From positions 151,198-215,197 of the forward strand of contig JBBISA010000001.1 of the NCBI GenBank assembly GCA_037441525.1: a DNA stretch of 64,000 bases, written 5' to 3'. The notes below the pieces were generated by a model. The model ran no database searches. It had not been told where the DNA came from and was given only the letters and a program-made list of their open reading frames with translations. This DNA comes from Bacteroidota bacterium (GTDB lineage: Bacteria; Bacteroidota; Bacteroidia; Bacteroidales; UBA7960). This document shows, piece by piece, positions 37,405 to 47,671 of this stretch (within the stretch, counting starts at the first letter, position 1; every line of letters begins with the position of its first letter). The position numbers and the translations under genes are program-made.

Positions 37405-38187
37405 CTACCTGAAACGCCCAATCGAGAAGGGGTCATCGTGGATACTTGGGCCTGGTCGCAAGGGTATTGCTTCATCATCTGTTTTAATATAAATGTCTTC
37501 CCTGATAACGGTACCCTCTTCATAAACAATAATTTTCTGAATTTCTCCCCTTTGACTTAGAAACGTCCACACCTTATCGCTAACATTATTATTATAGTAA
37601 CCGGTTACTCTTGGTTGTCCGGATGGATAAAACACCTCATATTTTCCATGCAGCAAATTGTTTTCAAAATTTGCCCTGATTTGGACAGACCCGGTAATAA
37701 AATACCTTTCATATAGGCCTTGCTGGGCCCCGCGATGCCAAGTTATCAACTCGGCTTGCCGGCCATTGTTATAATAAGTCTTCCAAACCCCATGATTTAC
37801 TCCATCCTGGTAAAAGTTTTCGAGGGTTAAAATCCCTTTATCACTGAAAAACCGCCATAATCCTTCTTTCTGCTGGTCAACAAAAAAACCTTCGCCAAGT
37901 ATGGCTCTGTTTCGGTGATAATAGGTTGCCTTTACAGCTTTTTCGCCTGGTTGATGAATCAATTCTGCCCTTAGTTGACCTTGTGGGTAAAAGTACTTGA
38001 AAACACCCAAAGGCAGATCATCAATAAAATTTCCTTCGTAGCGAATTTTACCGGTGGCGAAATAGCCGCGCCAAAGTCCTTGTCTGCGGCCTGATTCATC
38101 TTTCTGGTTTTCTCTTACTGGTTGCTGAGAAACAGATATACTATGAAAAGAAAAACAAAAAATGAATAGGAAAAGAAAGCGGAGCAT
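37405..38187 (-). CDS. MORN-repeat-variant (YwqK-like) repeat protein, secreted
   Basis: It has a signal peptide and repeated G.W..Y...G......F..G...G motifs. Confidence 0.7.
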   Translation of the reverse strand: MLRFLFLFIFCFSFHSISVSQQPVRENQKDESGRRQGLWRGYFATGKIRYEGNFIDDLPLGVFKYFYPQGQLRAELIHQPGEKAVKATYYHRNRAILGEGFFVDQQKEGLWRFFSDKGILTLENFYQDGVNHGVWKTYYNNGRQAELITWHRGAQQGLYERYFITGSVQIRANFENNLLHGKYEVFYPSGQPRVTGYYNNNVSDKVWTFLSQRGEIQKIIVYEEGTVIREDIYIKTDDEAIPLRPGPSIHDDPFSIGRFR

Positions 38188-38270
38188 GAGGTATTATAAT
38201 TACGAAATATTTACAAATTTAATGAATCAGATTATAGATGAAGCAGGTGTTTTTACTGAAAAACCAATTA

Positions 38271-38840
38271 TTATGATGCAATTTTAAAACCAAGGAACTG
38301 GGCAAAATCCTTTAATGAGTGAAACGCATAATCAATAATATTATGATGTTCACTTATGATTTTTTTATCATGGTTAATAAATATGGTTTTCATTTTCAAG
38401 GCTTTGCCAAACATCATATCTGATACTGAGTCGCCTACCATTACCGATTTACGAAAGTCGATACCTGGAAAGTCTTTGCGTGCCTTAAGACCCATACCTG
38501 GTGAAGGCTTTCGCATAAAGCTTCTGTCAGTTTTCGGGTTTGGGCAGAAATATACTTTATGGATTGTTCCACCAGCTTCTTCAATTTTATCGATCATTCT
38601 GGTGTGAATATTATTCAGGTCATCAATGCTCATAAGTCCTTTGCCAATACCCTGCTGATTGGTAACCACCAAAACGTGTCCAAAGAGTCTTGAAAGATAA
38701 GCGATGCTTTCAACAGCCATTTCGTTCCACACAAAATCTTCGGGTTTTGTTACATATTCATCGGGTTTCCTTACATTAATAACCCCGTCACGATCAAGAA
38801 AAAGAGTCCAATTAATATCTACGCTCAAAGGCTGATTCAT
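38271..38840 (-). CDS. gmhB: D-glycero-D-manno-heptose 1,7-bisphosphate phosphatase (HAD-IIIA)
   Basis: The HAD motifs are FLDRDGVIN, VVTNQQGIG and GDSVSDM. The start was set at the internal ATG. Confidence 0.8.
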   Translation of the reverse strand: MNQPLSVDINWTLFLDRDGVINVRKPDEYVTKPEDFVWNEMAVESIAYLSRLFGHVLVVTNQQGIGKGLMSIDDLNNIHTRMIDKIEEAGGTIHKVYFCPNPKTDRSFMRKPSPGMGLKARKDFPGIDFRKSVMVGDSVSDMMFGKALKMKTIFINHDKKIISEHHNIIDYAFHSLKDFAQFLGFKIAS

Positions 38841-38900
38841 ATTGCAAAAGATGGATTTTGGGCTGGTAGCCATTAATTATTATTCTGGTTTAATGCAATT

Positions 38901-39485
38901 TTATTCTTGCTTTTCAAACAAGGTTTTTTCAACCTGTTCGCAGATAATATGGCCAATCAATATATGGGCCTCCTGTATTCTGGGGGTATTGGTTGAAGTA
39001 ATATTGATAAGCACATTGCAAATATCGGCCATTTTACCCCCGCCATTTCCAGTAAACCCAATAATTGTCATTCCTAAAGTGTGTGCTGCATCAATCGCCT
39101 TTAAAATGTTGGGCGAGTTGCCAGATGTGGAAAGGGCTACCAAAACATCTCCACTTTTTCCCCATGCTTCAACCATTCTTGCAAAAGTAAAATCAAACCC
39201 AAAATCGTTGGCAACAGCGGTGAGAAATGATGTATTAACGTGCAATGCTTCGGCCTGTAAAGGGGGCCGGTTGAAGTAAAACCTTCCTGAAAGTTCTGCC
39301 GCAAGGTGCTGTGCATCGGCAGCACTTCCACCGTTTCCACAAAACAAAACCTTTTTACCATTTTTGTAACAATCAATTATGGTATTTGCGGCAGTTTCGA
39401 TACTTTCCAACTGAAGATTGTTTGACAGAATTTCATTCTTCAAACTTATGGATTCCCTTATAATTCGGGCAATTTCATTTTTCAT
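38901..39485 (-). CDS. gmhA: Sedoheptulose-7-phosphate isomerase (SIS domain)
   Basis: It has the motifs CGNGGSAADAQHLAAEL and STSGNS. The start was set at the internal ATG (MKNEIARI), just after the upstream gene's stop. Confidence 0.85.
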   Translation of the reverse strand: MKNEIARIIRESISLKNEILSNNLQLESIETAANTIIDCYKNGKKVLFCGNGGSAADAQHLAAELSGRFYFNRPPLQAEALHVNTSFLTAVANDFGFDFTFARMVEAWGKSGDVLVALSTSGNSPNILKAIDAAHTLGMTIIGFTGNGGGKMADICNVLINITSTNTPRIQEAHILIGHIICEQVEKTLFEKQE

Positions 39486-39492
39486 TAAGAAG

Positions 39493-40632
39493 TTATTGAG
39501 GTTTAGCGGCTCTGAAAGTGGCATCAACCAGGTTTTTCCAGGAGAATCTTTTTTTCTGATTCTCAACTCCCTTCTTAAATTCTGATTGAAGATTCTTGGT
39601 AAAAAACCTGAAAATAGCATTCGCAACGCTTTTTGCATCGGGTTTAACTACCATACCTGCAACCATGTGGGGAACCATTTCGGGCAATGCACCAACCTTG
39701 GTTACAATCATGGGTATGCCAAAATGATATGCAACCTGGGTAACTCCACTTTGGCTGGCATCTTTATAGGGTTGCACCACACAATCGGATGCGCAGAAAT
39801 AAGCAGCTACCTTTTCGTTAGGTATAAAGTTGGTATGCATTACCAGTTTATTACTTAACGATTTCTCCCTGATTATTTTAACATATTCGGTATCAGAAGA
39901 ATAGTATTCACCCGCCACAATGAGTTTAATTGGCAGGTCGTTGAGCATGGGGTCACCCATGGCTTCGAGCAGGATATCAAGGCCTTTGTATTCTCTGATA
40001 AAACCAAAGAATAACATATACCTATATTCGGGTGAAAGTTTAAGTGCTTTAAGGGCTTCTTCGCGGGTCATCCCCTCTCCGAAATTATCGTATAGTGGAT
40101 GGGGTGAGAAAATTTTGGGTTTATCATGCTTTTCAAGTATTTCAAGTTCTTTAAGAACTGATCTGCTCAAGGTAACAAAGCCGTGACTTTTAGCAATATA
40201 ATAGTGGGTAAGCATGGTATCGCCGAAATGTTTTTCGTGAGGAATGATATTATCGGCGATGGTAACCACCCTGGTAAATTTATTGGTGCGGGCAATGGCA
40301 GCAATTGTTCCAAGACATGGAGCCATAAAGGGCAGCCAATAACGCACTACAAGAATATCAGGGCGTTCATTTTTTATTTTCCAACCGGTTATTAACCAAT
40401 TAAAGGGGTTTATGCTGTTTACTTCTACCCTGATATCCAGGCCGCGTGGTTTGGGGCGCACAGCATATTGGGTTTTGCCGGGAAAAAATATGGATGGATA
40501 TTGCAGTGAAAAAGTGTAAATAATAACCTGATGGCCAAGGCTCATATATTCCTGAGCAAGCCTTTCATTGAAGGTAGAAAGCCCTCCGGCTCTTAATGGA
40601 TAGGCAGAACCTAAAATAATAATCTTTGCCAA
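39493..40632 (-). CDS. Glycosyltransferase, GT4 (GT-B fold)
   Basis: 379 aa with the C-terminal EX7E-like region (QPYKDASQSGVTQVAYHFGIPMIV). Confidence 0.8.
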   Translation of the reverse strand: MAKIIILGSAYPLRAGGLSTFNERLAQEYMSLGHQVIIYTFSLQYPSIFFPGKTQYAVRPKPRGLDIRVEVNSINPFNWLITGWKIKNERPDILVVRYWLPFMAPCLGTIAAIARTNKFTRVVTIADNIIPHEKHFGDTMLTHYYIAKSHGFVTLSRSVLKELEILEKHDKPKIFSPHPLYDNFGEGMTREEALKALKLSPEYRYMLFFGFIREYKGLDILLEAMGDPMLNDLPIKLIVAGEYYSSDTEYVKIIREKSLSNKLVMHTNFIPNEKVAAYFCASDCVVQPYKDASQSGVTQVAYHFGIPMIVTKVGALPEMVPHMVAGMVVKPDAKSVANAIFRFFTKNLQSEFKKGVENQKKRFSWKNLVDATFRAAKPQ

Positions 40633-41582
40633 TTGTCTTCTGTTGTTTTCTCAATAATATATTTGTTTCGGTCGGGCGAAATTCTTGAAATCATTTCGCC
40701 GAGGAAACCTGCCAGAAAAAGCTGGGTTCCTAAAACCATGGACAGTAATCCGAAATAAAAAAGCGGTCTTTCAGTCATACGATACTCATGCCAAAAAAAC
40801 TTTGCATACGCCAGATAAAGAGCAATTATGAACCCTCCGGCAAAAAGAATTGTTCCGAAAAAACCAAACAGGTGCATTGGTTTTCGTCCAAACCTTGTAA
40901 CAAACGAAATAGAAAGAAGGTCGAGGAATCCGTTTATAAACCGTTCAATCCCAAATTTGGTTTTGCCATACTTACGTTTTTGGTGAGCAACACGTTTTTC
41001 GCCAATAGCATTAAATCCTGACCATTTGGCAATTACGGGTATATATCGGTGCATATCGCCATACACTTCAATGCTTTTAACAACTTCGCTCCGATAGGCT
41101 TTCAGGCCACAATTGAAGTCATGTAGTTTAATTCCTGTAGTGATTCGTGTTGCCCAATTGTAAAGCCGCGTGGGAATGGTTTTGGAAACAGGATCCTGTC
41201 TGTTTTTTTTCCAGCCACTCACCAGGTCAAACTTCCCTGATTGAATCATTTCCATCAGTTCTGGTATCTCCTCCGGACTATCCTGAAGGTCGGCATCCAT
41301 GGTAATTATAACGTTGCCTGAGGCTTGGGCAAACCCCATATTGAGGGCTGCTGATTTGCCATAATTACGTCTGAACCTGATCGCCTTTACCAACGGATAT
41401 TTACCCTTAAGGTTTTCAATGATTTTCCAGGAGTTATCTTTACTTCCATCATCAATAAGAATAATTTCAGTATTGTACCTTCCATTTACTACCCGCCATA
41501 TCCACTCAATAAGCTCAGGCAATGACTCCTCTTCGTTATAAAGCGGAATCACCAGCGAAAGCTCTGGATTTGAATTGTCCAT
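40611..41582 (-). CDS. Glycosyltransferase family 2, polyprenyl-phosphate glycosyltransferase-like (GtrB/ArnC type)
   Basis: It has the motifs LSLVIPLYNEE and MDADLQD plus two C-terminal TM helices. The start was set at the internal ATG. Confidence 0.85.
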   Translation of the reverse strand: MDNSNPELSLVIPLYNEEESLPELIEWIWRVVNGRYNTEIILIDDGSKDNSWKIIENLKGKYPLVKAIRFRRNYGKSAALNMGFAQASGNVIITMDADLQDSPEEIPELMEMIQSGKFDLVSGWKKNRQDPVSKTIPTRLYNWATRITTGIKLHDFNCGLKAYRSEVVKSIEVYGDMHRYIPVIAKWSGFNAIGEKRVAHQKRKYGKTKFGIERFINGFLDLLSISFVTRFGRKPMHLFGFFGTILFAGGFIIALYLAYAKFFWHEYRMTERPLFYFGLLSMVLGTQLFLAGFLGEMISRISPDRNKYIIEKTTEDNWQRLLF

Positions 41583-41825
41583 CGGAATATTACTGTTTCG
41601 GATTGAAAAATAAGATGGCAAAATTACTAAATAATCCAAATCATGCAGTATTGCATGGTTAAAAGAAGTTCAAGTTTTGAATAATAGCTGATGGGAACTG
41701 CAATAAAAATTACATTTACACCCGTGAAATGATAAACATCAAAGCAAAATCAGGGTTTATCATAGATTAAGCGAGTAACTGCCCGAAGCAAAAAAAACAA
41801 CTTACAACAAACCGGAATTTTAAAA

Positions 41826-43187
41826 ATGCGCGATCTGACCCAGGGGCCTGAAGGAAAGCAAATTCTCATCTTCGCCATGCCAATGCTATTGGGCAATGTT
41901 TTTCAACAGCTTTACTACATTGTTGATACACTGATAATAGGCCATTATCTGGGCACCAAGGCTCTTGCATCGGCAGGAGCATCTTTCCCTGTAATCTTTG
42001 TACTGATAAGTCTGATGATAGGAATTACAACCGGTATCAATGTAGTTATCAGCCAGTATTTCGGGAATAAGAATTATATTAAGGTGAAACGGGCTATTGA
42101 TACTACCTTTATTTTTCTGTTTATATCATCTATTGGTTTATCAATCCTTGGTTTGGTATTCAGTGAACAGATTTTCAGGTTGATTGGCCTGCCGGAAGAG
42201 TTGTTATATGACGCAATGCAGTATTTTAATGTTTATGTAGCCGGTTTGATTTTCATGTCGGGATACAATGGTACAAGCGCCATTTTGCGTGGTATGGGCG
42301 ATTCTAAAACACCATTATACTTTCTTATTATTTCCACTTTGTTAAATATTGGATTCGATTTGTTATTTGTGGCGGTTTTTGAATGGGGAATCGCAGGGAT
42401 TTCTTTTGCCACTGTTCTTGCCCAAGCCATTGCATTTGGTCTTTCAGTTCTTTATCTTAATCGCTACCACCCTTTAATTAGATTTAGTTTCAGAGGAATT
42501 GGTTTTGATAAAGAGGTATTCCGTCACAGTCATCGTATCGGAATTCCCACAGGCCTACAACACACGTTTGTTTCTTTGGGAATGGCCGCTCTAATGACTA
42601 TTGTAAACATGTTTGGAACACCCACAATAGCAGCATATTCGATTGCCTGGCGTATAGATTCATTTGCTACTCTGCCTGCCATGAACTTCAGTATGGCTTT
42701 ATCTACTTTTGTGGGTCAGAATATTGGAGCAAATAAAATTGAACGTGTTAAGAAAGGGCTGGTAACAACCCTTTTAATGAATTCAGCTTTTTCTATTGTT
42801 GTAACAGTAATAGCGTGGATATGGGGAAGAACGTTGATGGGATTTTTTACCGATGACCAGTTGGTAATTGAGATTGGGTATGATTACCTGGTAATTGTAA
42901 GCTCTTTTTATATCGTTTTCGGAGCTATGTTTGTTATGCAAAGAACACTCAGTGGGGCGGGAGATACGCTGATCCCAATGTTTATTACCCTATTTTCACT
43001 ATGGGCCCTTCGGGTTCCTTTCTCATACATTTTATCACTTCGAATGGGAGAAACAGGTATTTGGTGGGGAATACCCATTGCATGGTGTTTTGGTTTCATT
43101 GCATCATATATTTATTATAAAACCGGAAAATGGAAACATAAATCTGTTGTGAAGCATCAGGAGATGGCCTTTGGAAACACTGATTAA
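41826..43187 (+). CDS. MATE-family efflux transporter
   Basis: 453 aa and about 12 TM segments, with the N-terminal motif ILIFAMPMLLGNVFQQLYYIVDTLIIG. Confidence 0.9.
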   Translation: MRDLTQGPEGKQILIFAMPMLLGNVFQQLYYIVDTLIIGHYLGTKALASAGASFPVIFVLISLMIGITTGINVVISQYFGNKNYIKVKRAIDTTFIFLFISSIGLSILGLVFSEQIFRLIGLPEELLYDAMQYFNVYVAGLIFMSGYNGTSAILRGMGDSKTPLYFLIISTLLNIGFDLLFVAVFEWGIAGISFATVLAQAIAFGLSVLYLNRYHPLIRFSFRGIGFDKEVFRHSHRIGIPTGLQHTFVSLGMAALMTIVNMFGTPTIAAYSIAWRIDSFATLPAMNFSMALSTFVGQNIGANKIERVKKGLVTTLLMNSAFSIVVTVIAWIWGRTLMGFFTDDQLVIEIGYDYLVIVSSFYIVFGAMFVMQRTLSGAGDTLIPMFITLFSLWALRVPFSYILSLRMGETGIWWGIPIAWCFGFIASYIYYKTGKWKHKSVVKHQEMAFGNTD

Positions 43188-43310
43188 TCTGCCTTCCAAT
43201 TTTATTTGTACCCACAGGAATTGATGAGTAAATAAATATTAGGTTTCTGCACTATTATGAAAATGTTAAAGAAAAACTTTAAAAACTATTGTGGACACTA
43301 AAAAACGTGT

Positions 43311-43318
43311 TATCTTTG
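43311..43318 (+). promoter_or_regulatory. Candidate -7 promoter box (TATCTTTG) for tRNA-Arg
   Basis: It matches TAnnTTTG and lies 21 nt upstream of the mature tRNA 5' end. Confidence 0.35.
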
Positions 43319-43338
43319 CACTCGCAAAAGCGAAAACC

Positions 43339-43415
43339 GGCTCTGTAGCTCAATTGAATAGAGCATCTGACTACGGATCAGAAGGTTTCAGGTTTGAATC
43401 CTGACAGAGTCACCA
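43339..43415 (+). tRNA. tRNA-Arg (anticodon ACG), CCA encoded
   Basis: I folded the cloverleaf by hand. The acceptor stem is GGCTCTG/CAGAGTC, the D stem GCTC/GAGC, the anticodon stem TCTGA/TCAGA with loop CTACGGA, and the T arm TCAGG-TTTGAAT-CCTGA. The discriminator is A, followed by CCA. Confidence 0.95.
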
Positions 43416-43422
43416 CAAAATC

Positions 43423-43462
43423 AAAGAGTTGCAATTATTCAAATTGCAACTCTTTTTTTTTT
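43423..43462 (+). terminator. Intrinsic terminator after the tRNA
   Basis: A perfect 13-bp stem, AAAGAGTTGCAAT/ATTGCAACTCTTT, with a 7-nt loop, runs into a T tract. Confidence 0.8.
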
Positions 43463-43496
43463 AACCATAATTTATCCCAAATTTGTCTTTAGCCAT

Positions 43497-43563
43497 TTTT
43501 TCTAAAGCGGGGTTAAACCCGGCTAAGTCATTAGTTCAGTGCATTCATTATGACTAATCCTGG
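43497..43563 (+). repeat. Copy B of the ~67-nt conserved intergenic element
   Basis: It aligns to the reverse complement of 25734..25800 (58/67 identical by manual alignment). Confidence 0.6.
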
Positions 43564-43803
43564 TTTATTATTTCGATTGAACCAGGCAATTGTAAATATT
43601 TGAGGCATTAAAGGCTTGTCGGAATATCTTTTATCGGCTTACCAGCCCATTTCTGCGTTTTTTTATGAAGTACTGATTTTGTTTTTTAGCTGTCTTTCGT
43701 TATCCTATCCTGGAGCAACCAATACCAATGAACCGGTTTTACATGCGGTGCAAAAACAAAAAATGGTCTGTCTTTATTAAAGGTACGATTGCCGAAACAA
43801 GCA

Positions 43804-45276
43804 TCAATTGCTGCGAACAACAGTATTCTCCTTTTCTATTCTGTTGATTTCGCGTGTGAGTTCTCTTACGGCATGTTTGAATTTTTTGAATTTACCTTTC
43901 AGATAGGTCGTGAGAAATAACAGGATAATAACTGCAAGACTCAAAACAATTGCAATAGCAATAAAAATTCTGGCTCGTAAAATATTCTCTCTTTGCATTT
44001 CAACAATTCGAATCTCAAGCTGAGCTAATTCATCATTATAATGAGAAATTTGCAACTGATGATTTCTGCTGATTTCCCGCCTGTTAACCGAATCTCGGAG
44101 GTTTTGATAGCGTTTTAAATAATTGTATGCTTGTTTGAAATCACCCGAACGTGTATAAAACCCATCCAGAGCCATGTAATTATCAAACATCAAATATGTT
44201 AAATTATTATCATTGGCCAATTTCAGGCTATGTTCAAAATATCCGACCGCAGCTGGGTTTTCCTTGCTCATAAAGTTTTTTCCTAACATGAATAGAACTG
44301 TGGCTTCAAACTCCTTATTCTGGTTATCGGTGGAAATATTCAAACATTTTTTAAAATGGCTGTTGGATCTGTCATAGTCATTTTGGTCGGCGGCTATTAT
44401 GCCTAAACGATAATGGAGTTGTCTTTGTATATTAATATCAGGGTTTTCCATTCTTAAATACCCTAATGCATCCAAATAATAGTTTTTAGCATTTTCGGTT
44501 TCCTTCAGCTTTTGGGAAAGATTACCAAGGTTGAGTAATATTTCTGCAATTGATAAATTGTTTCTGTTTACAATGGAGAGTTCTAATTGTAATGCCTGCA
44601 GATAAAATTCAATAGCTTTTGTGCTTTGATTGAGACTTGCCTGTATATCGGCAAAGTCGGTCAGAATCATTACGTGTAGTTGCCGGTTTCCGAGGTCCTC
44701 GGTTATTTTCATTGCCCTGAAATAGTTTACGGTTGCTTCTTCTGGTCTGCCTGCAAAAAATGCTGCTCGGCCCATGTTGGCTAAACTTATGGCCATCCGA
44801 CCTGCATCTTTCTCGGTCTCACTTATCATTAATGCTTTAGAAAATTCATCAAAGGCCGGGATGAAAAGTTTTAACTCGTTAAAAATCTTTCCTAATACTA
44901 TGTAATTATCTGCTGCTATCAATTGTTGGTTAGCTTTTAAATTATGTTCAATTGCCGAGCGATAATGATTAACTGATTTGTCAATCCTGCCGTTGATATG
45001 CTCAATTCTGCCCAGTTCAGAATAGCAAAACCCCAATTCCTTATTCCATCCCATTTTTTGAGCGATTAAATGCATGTCTTCGGCAAGTGCCTTGGCTTTT
45101 ATAAAGTTGGTGTTACCAATCTCGTGCGAAAATTCAACCATCAGGCTATCAAATATTTGCCTGGAATTAAAATCGAAAGAATAAGAGACTTTTTGGCATA
45201 TCAGCATTACCAATGTTATAAGAATAACATTGCATACCATATTTGGCAATGCAACTATTGGCTTGCCTGAAAACAT
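43804..45276 (-). CDS. TPR-repeat protein with a C-terminal coiled coil and a single TM helix
   Basis: It has multiple 34-aa TPR-like repeats (A..Y...A......G........LG..Y). The TM helix IFIAIAIVLSLAVIILLFLTTYL lies near the C-terminus. No catalytic or DNA-binding domain is present. Confidence 0.7.
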   Translation of the reverse strand: MFSGKPIVALPNMVCNVILITLVMLICQKVSYSFDFNSRQIFDSLMVEFSHEIGNTNFIKAKALAEDMHLIAQKMGWNKELGFCYSELGRIEHINGRIDKSVNHYRSAIEHNLKANQQLIAADNYIVLGKIFNELKLFIPAFDEFSKALMISETEKDAGRMAISLANMGRAAFFAGRPEEATVNYFRAMKITEDLGNRQLHVMILTDFADIQASLNQSTKAIEFYLQALQLELSIVNRNNLSIAEILLNLGNLSQKLKETENAKNYYLDALGYLRMENPDINIQRQLHYRLGIIAADQNDYDRSNSHFKKCLNISTDNQNKEFEATVLFMLGKNFMSKENPAAVGYFEHSLKLANDNNLTYLMFDNYMALDGFYTRSGDFKQAYNYLKRYQNLRDSVNRREISRNHQLQISHYNDELAQLEIRIVEMQRENILRARIFIAIAIVLSLAVIILLFLTTYLKGKFKKFKHAVRELTREINRIEKENTVVRSN

Positions 45277-45552
45277 TACCTGTTTTTTTGATTGTTAAAT
45301 ATTGCTGAAAATTGTATAATTTTTCAAAAATTCATTAACAATCAAAAATATAAAAAAAATATCAATCAGGATAATAATTACCCAATTATTTTGATGAAAA
45401 ACCGTCTGAATTTCAATTTTTTCCTGATAACCTGTGTAGAATATATAATTTTAACAGGGCTTGGTCATTAGCATTGTTTACGCACTACCTTTGTTTGAAA
45501 CATATCATCCTAAGGTATTGACAATAATATTATCAGAATGAGAAATCCGGGA

Positions 45553-46455
45553 TCAATGATCAAGTGAATCGTTGAGAGCAATAATTTGATTATAAAGAGG
45601 TTTATTGATCTTAACCAAAGGAAGTCTAACGTTATTCTTACACAAACCCTTTATTTCGAGGAGTGCTTTTACACCAGAGGGGCTACCATCAGCAAAAATA
45701 GCGTCGATAAATGGCACAAGCTTAAGATGAATTTTGCGTGCGCTGGCGAAATCACCGTCAAGGCAGTATCGTATCATTTTCGAATATTCAAAGGGTAATG
45801 CATTGGCAATAACCGATATAACACCATCACCCCCCAAAGCAATAATTGGCAAAGCGAGCATATCATCACCAGAAATAAGAAGAAAACCTTCAGGTCTGTT
45901 TTTCAATATTTTGGAACATTGCGTAAGATTTCCGGAAGCTTCCTTAATTCCGAGAATATTGGGTATTTCGTTGGCAATTTTTAATGTTGTATCGGCATCG
46001 AGGTTGGAACCGGTGCGGCCAGGTACATTATACATTATAACAGGTACCGGGCTTTCTTCGGCAATCATTTTATAGTGGGCATATATACCGCGAGGTTGAG
46101 GTTTGTTGTAATACGGACTAACCGAAAGCAGGGCAGAAACCCCCGTAAAATCAGTATTCCTTATGTGTTTCACTACATTGTATGTATTGTTTCCGCCGAT
46201 ACCAACCACCACAGGAACCCTGTTTTCAATAATTTCAGTACCACATTGCAGTATAGCCGATTTCTCGTCATCGTTAAGGGTAACCGATTCGCCGGTTGTG
46301 CCCATGAATACGATATAATCAACACCGGCATTTATCTGAAAATTGATAAGATTTTCAAAAGACTTAAAGTCGATACTTCCATCGCGGTGAAAGGGGGTTA
46401 CAATGGCCACTCCGGTTCCCCTGAAGGGGTTATTATTCACTATTGTCATTACCAT
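45553..46455 (-). CDS. dapA: 4-hydroxy-tetrahydrodipicolinate synthase
   Basis: 300 aa with the motifs GTTGES and YNVPGRTG and a conserved Lys-containing region (GIKEASG). Confidence 0.9.
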   Translation of the reverse strand: MVMTIVNNNPFRGTGVAIVTPFHRDGSIDFKSFENLINFQINAGVDYIVFMGTTGESVTLNDDEKSAILQCGTEIIENRVPVVVGIGGNNTYNVVKHIRNTDFTGVSALLSVSPYYNKPQPRGIYAHYKMIAEESPVPVIMYNVPGRTGSNLDADTTLKIANEIPNILGIKEASGNLTQCSKILKNRPEGFLLISGDDMLALPIIALGGDGVISVIANALPFEYSKMIRYCLDGDFASARKIHLKLVPFIDAIFADGSPSGVKALLEIKGLCKNNVRLPLVKINKPLYNQIIALNDSLDH

Positions 46456-46993
46456 TAATCATTTTTAAATACAGGAATACTTGTTCTATTTTTGATTTAA
46501 GTGGAGCATCATCCTTCATTTCAATCATCAGGTCATAAATGTCAATATGCTTTTCAGCAAAAAAGCCTGTTTTCATGGCCGAGCCCGAAATTGCCGTCAG
46601 ATATTTTATGTAATAAAACGTTGATGGGGTAAAATCTATCAACACATCGAATGGTTGCGAAATAAAATCTTTCACATTCTGAGCCTTTGGGGCCTGTAAA
46701 ATGCGAAAATTCTTTCTGTTGCAAAATTCAAAGGTTAATTTTGGAAAACAATAATCGGGCATTTTTTTTTGAATTGCAAAGCCCAGGGTTTTTACTTTCC
46801 GCTGATCCTGTTGAAGGTCTTTAACAAGATGGGTAATCAACCGGTAGTTTTCTTCCTGAGATGCATCGTATATTATGCCAAATGATTGTAATTGGTGGTA
46901 TCCCGCCAGTTTCTTGTTGCGGTAATTTTTTTTATGGGCATTTTTTAAAAGCCATAATCTCAAATTTTCTGCAGTTTTGCCAAATATTGTCAC
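46433..46993 (-). CDS. Hypothetical protein (conserved-looking, function unknown)
   Basis: 186-aa ORF with a GTG start that overlaps the dapA start. I recognised no motif. Confidence 0.45.
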   Translation of the reverse strand: MTIFGKTAENLRLWLLKNAHKKNYRNKKLAGYHQLQSFGIIYDASQEENYRLITHLVKDLQQDQRKVKTLGFAIQKKMPDYCFPKLTFEFCNRKNFRILQAPKAQNVKDFISQPFDVLIDFTPSTFYYIKYLTAISGSAMKTGFFAEKHIDIYDLMIEMKDDAPLKSKIEQVFLYLKMINGNDNSE

Positions 46994-47062
46994 GTTGTGT
47001 TATGAGTTTTGAGTTTTAGGGTAAATTGTGTTTTGGGTTCAAAAATACATAAATCTGATTTG

Positions 47063-47578
47063 TTATTTACATTTCAAAATGCTTACCACTTCTCCGAAAT
47101 ACATTCTATGGTAGTCGTGCTCTGGATAGTTATTATTTATCGAAGGCTCGAGGAAATTGACTGGATTAAGATCGCTGAAGTATAGCTTTCTACATTCAAT
47201 AATATATTTTGACTGCGAAAATCCAACTGATTCACCGGATAAAGAGTAAGGTGTTAAACCATTAATTTTCATCTTGTTCACTTCCCGGCCTGAAACTGTG
47301 CCCATTTGGTTAAGTATCTGCCGGTAATTATTATCAAAAAAATTGAGCGAAAAAAAGTTGCTTCTTTCCAGAAATCTGTAGGTATATCTTTGAGGCCTTA
47401 TAAAAATAAAAGCTACTGGTTTGTTCCAGATAACTCCAAATCCACCCCAGCTTGCCGTCATCATGTTGTAGTCGTTTTCAGAACCTGCACAAACAAGCAT
47501 CCAGTCCTTTCCAATAATTCTGAAAGGACATTCATTGAATTCTTCGGCTTTGATTTGATAAAATAAATTTTGCATCAA
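47063..47578 (-). CDS. Flavin reductase-like (FMN-binding split-barrel) protein
   Basis: 171 aa. The pattern NMMTASWGGFGVIWNKPV...IRPQRYT is typical of the flavin_reduct domain. Confidence 0.7.
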   Translation of the reverse strand: MMQNLFYQIKAEEFNECPFRIIGKDWMLVCAGSENDYNMMTASWGGFGVIWNKPVAFIFIRPQRYTYRFLERSNFFSLNFFDNNYRQILNQMGTVSGREVNKMKINGLTPYSLSGESVGFSQSKYIIECRKLYFSDLNPVNFLEPSINNNYPEHDYHRMYFGEVVSILKCK

Positions 47579-47655
47579 GTATTGTTATTCGGCAAATTAG
47601 GGGATAATCGGAAAATTTCAGGACTGCGAAAGTACCCATTTTTCGTGTAAAAATG

Positions 47656-47671
47656 ATCACATGGTTGTGAT
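47656..47671. promoter_or_regulatory. Perfect palindrome ATCACA-TGGT-TGTGAT in a divergent promoter region
   Basis: The inverted repeat was read directly from the sequence. A third AATCACAT copy lies at 47709..47717. Confidence 0.3.

Noticed and set aside
43188-43803. Possible integrative element at tRNA-Arg.
   Set aside because: No integrase, no direct repeat of the tRNA 3' end, and no phage or conjugation genes lie downstream. The next genes are a TPR protein and dapA.
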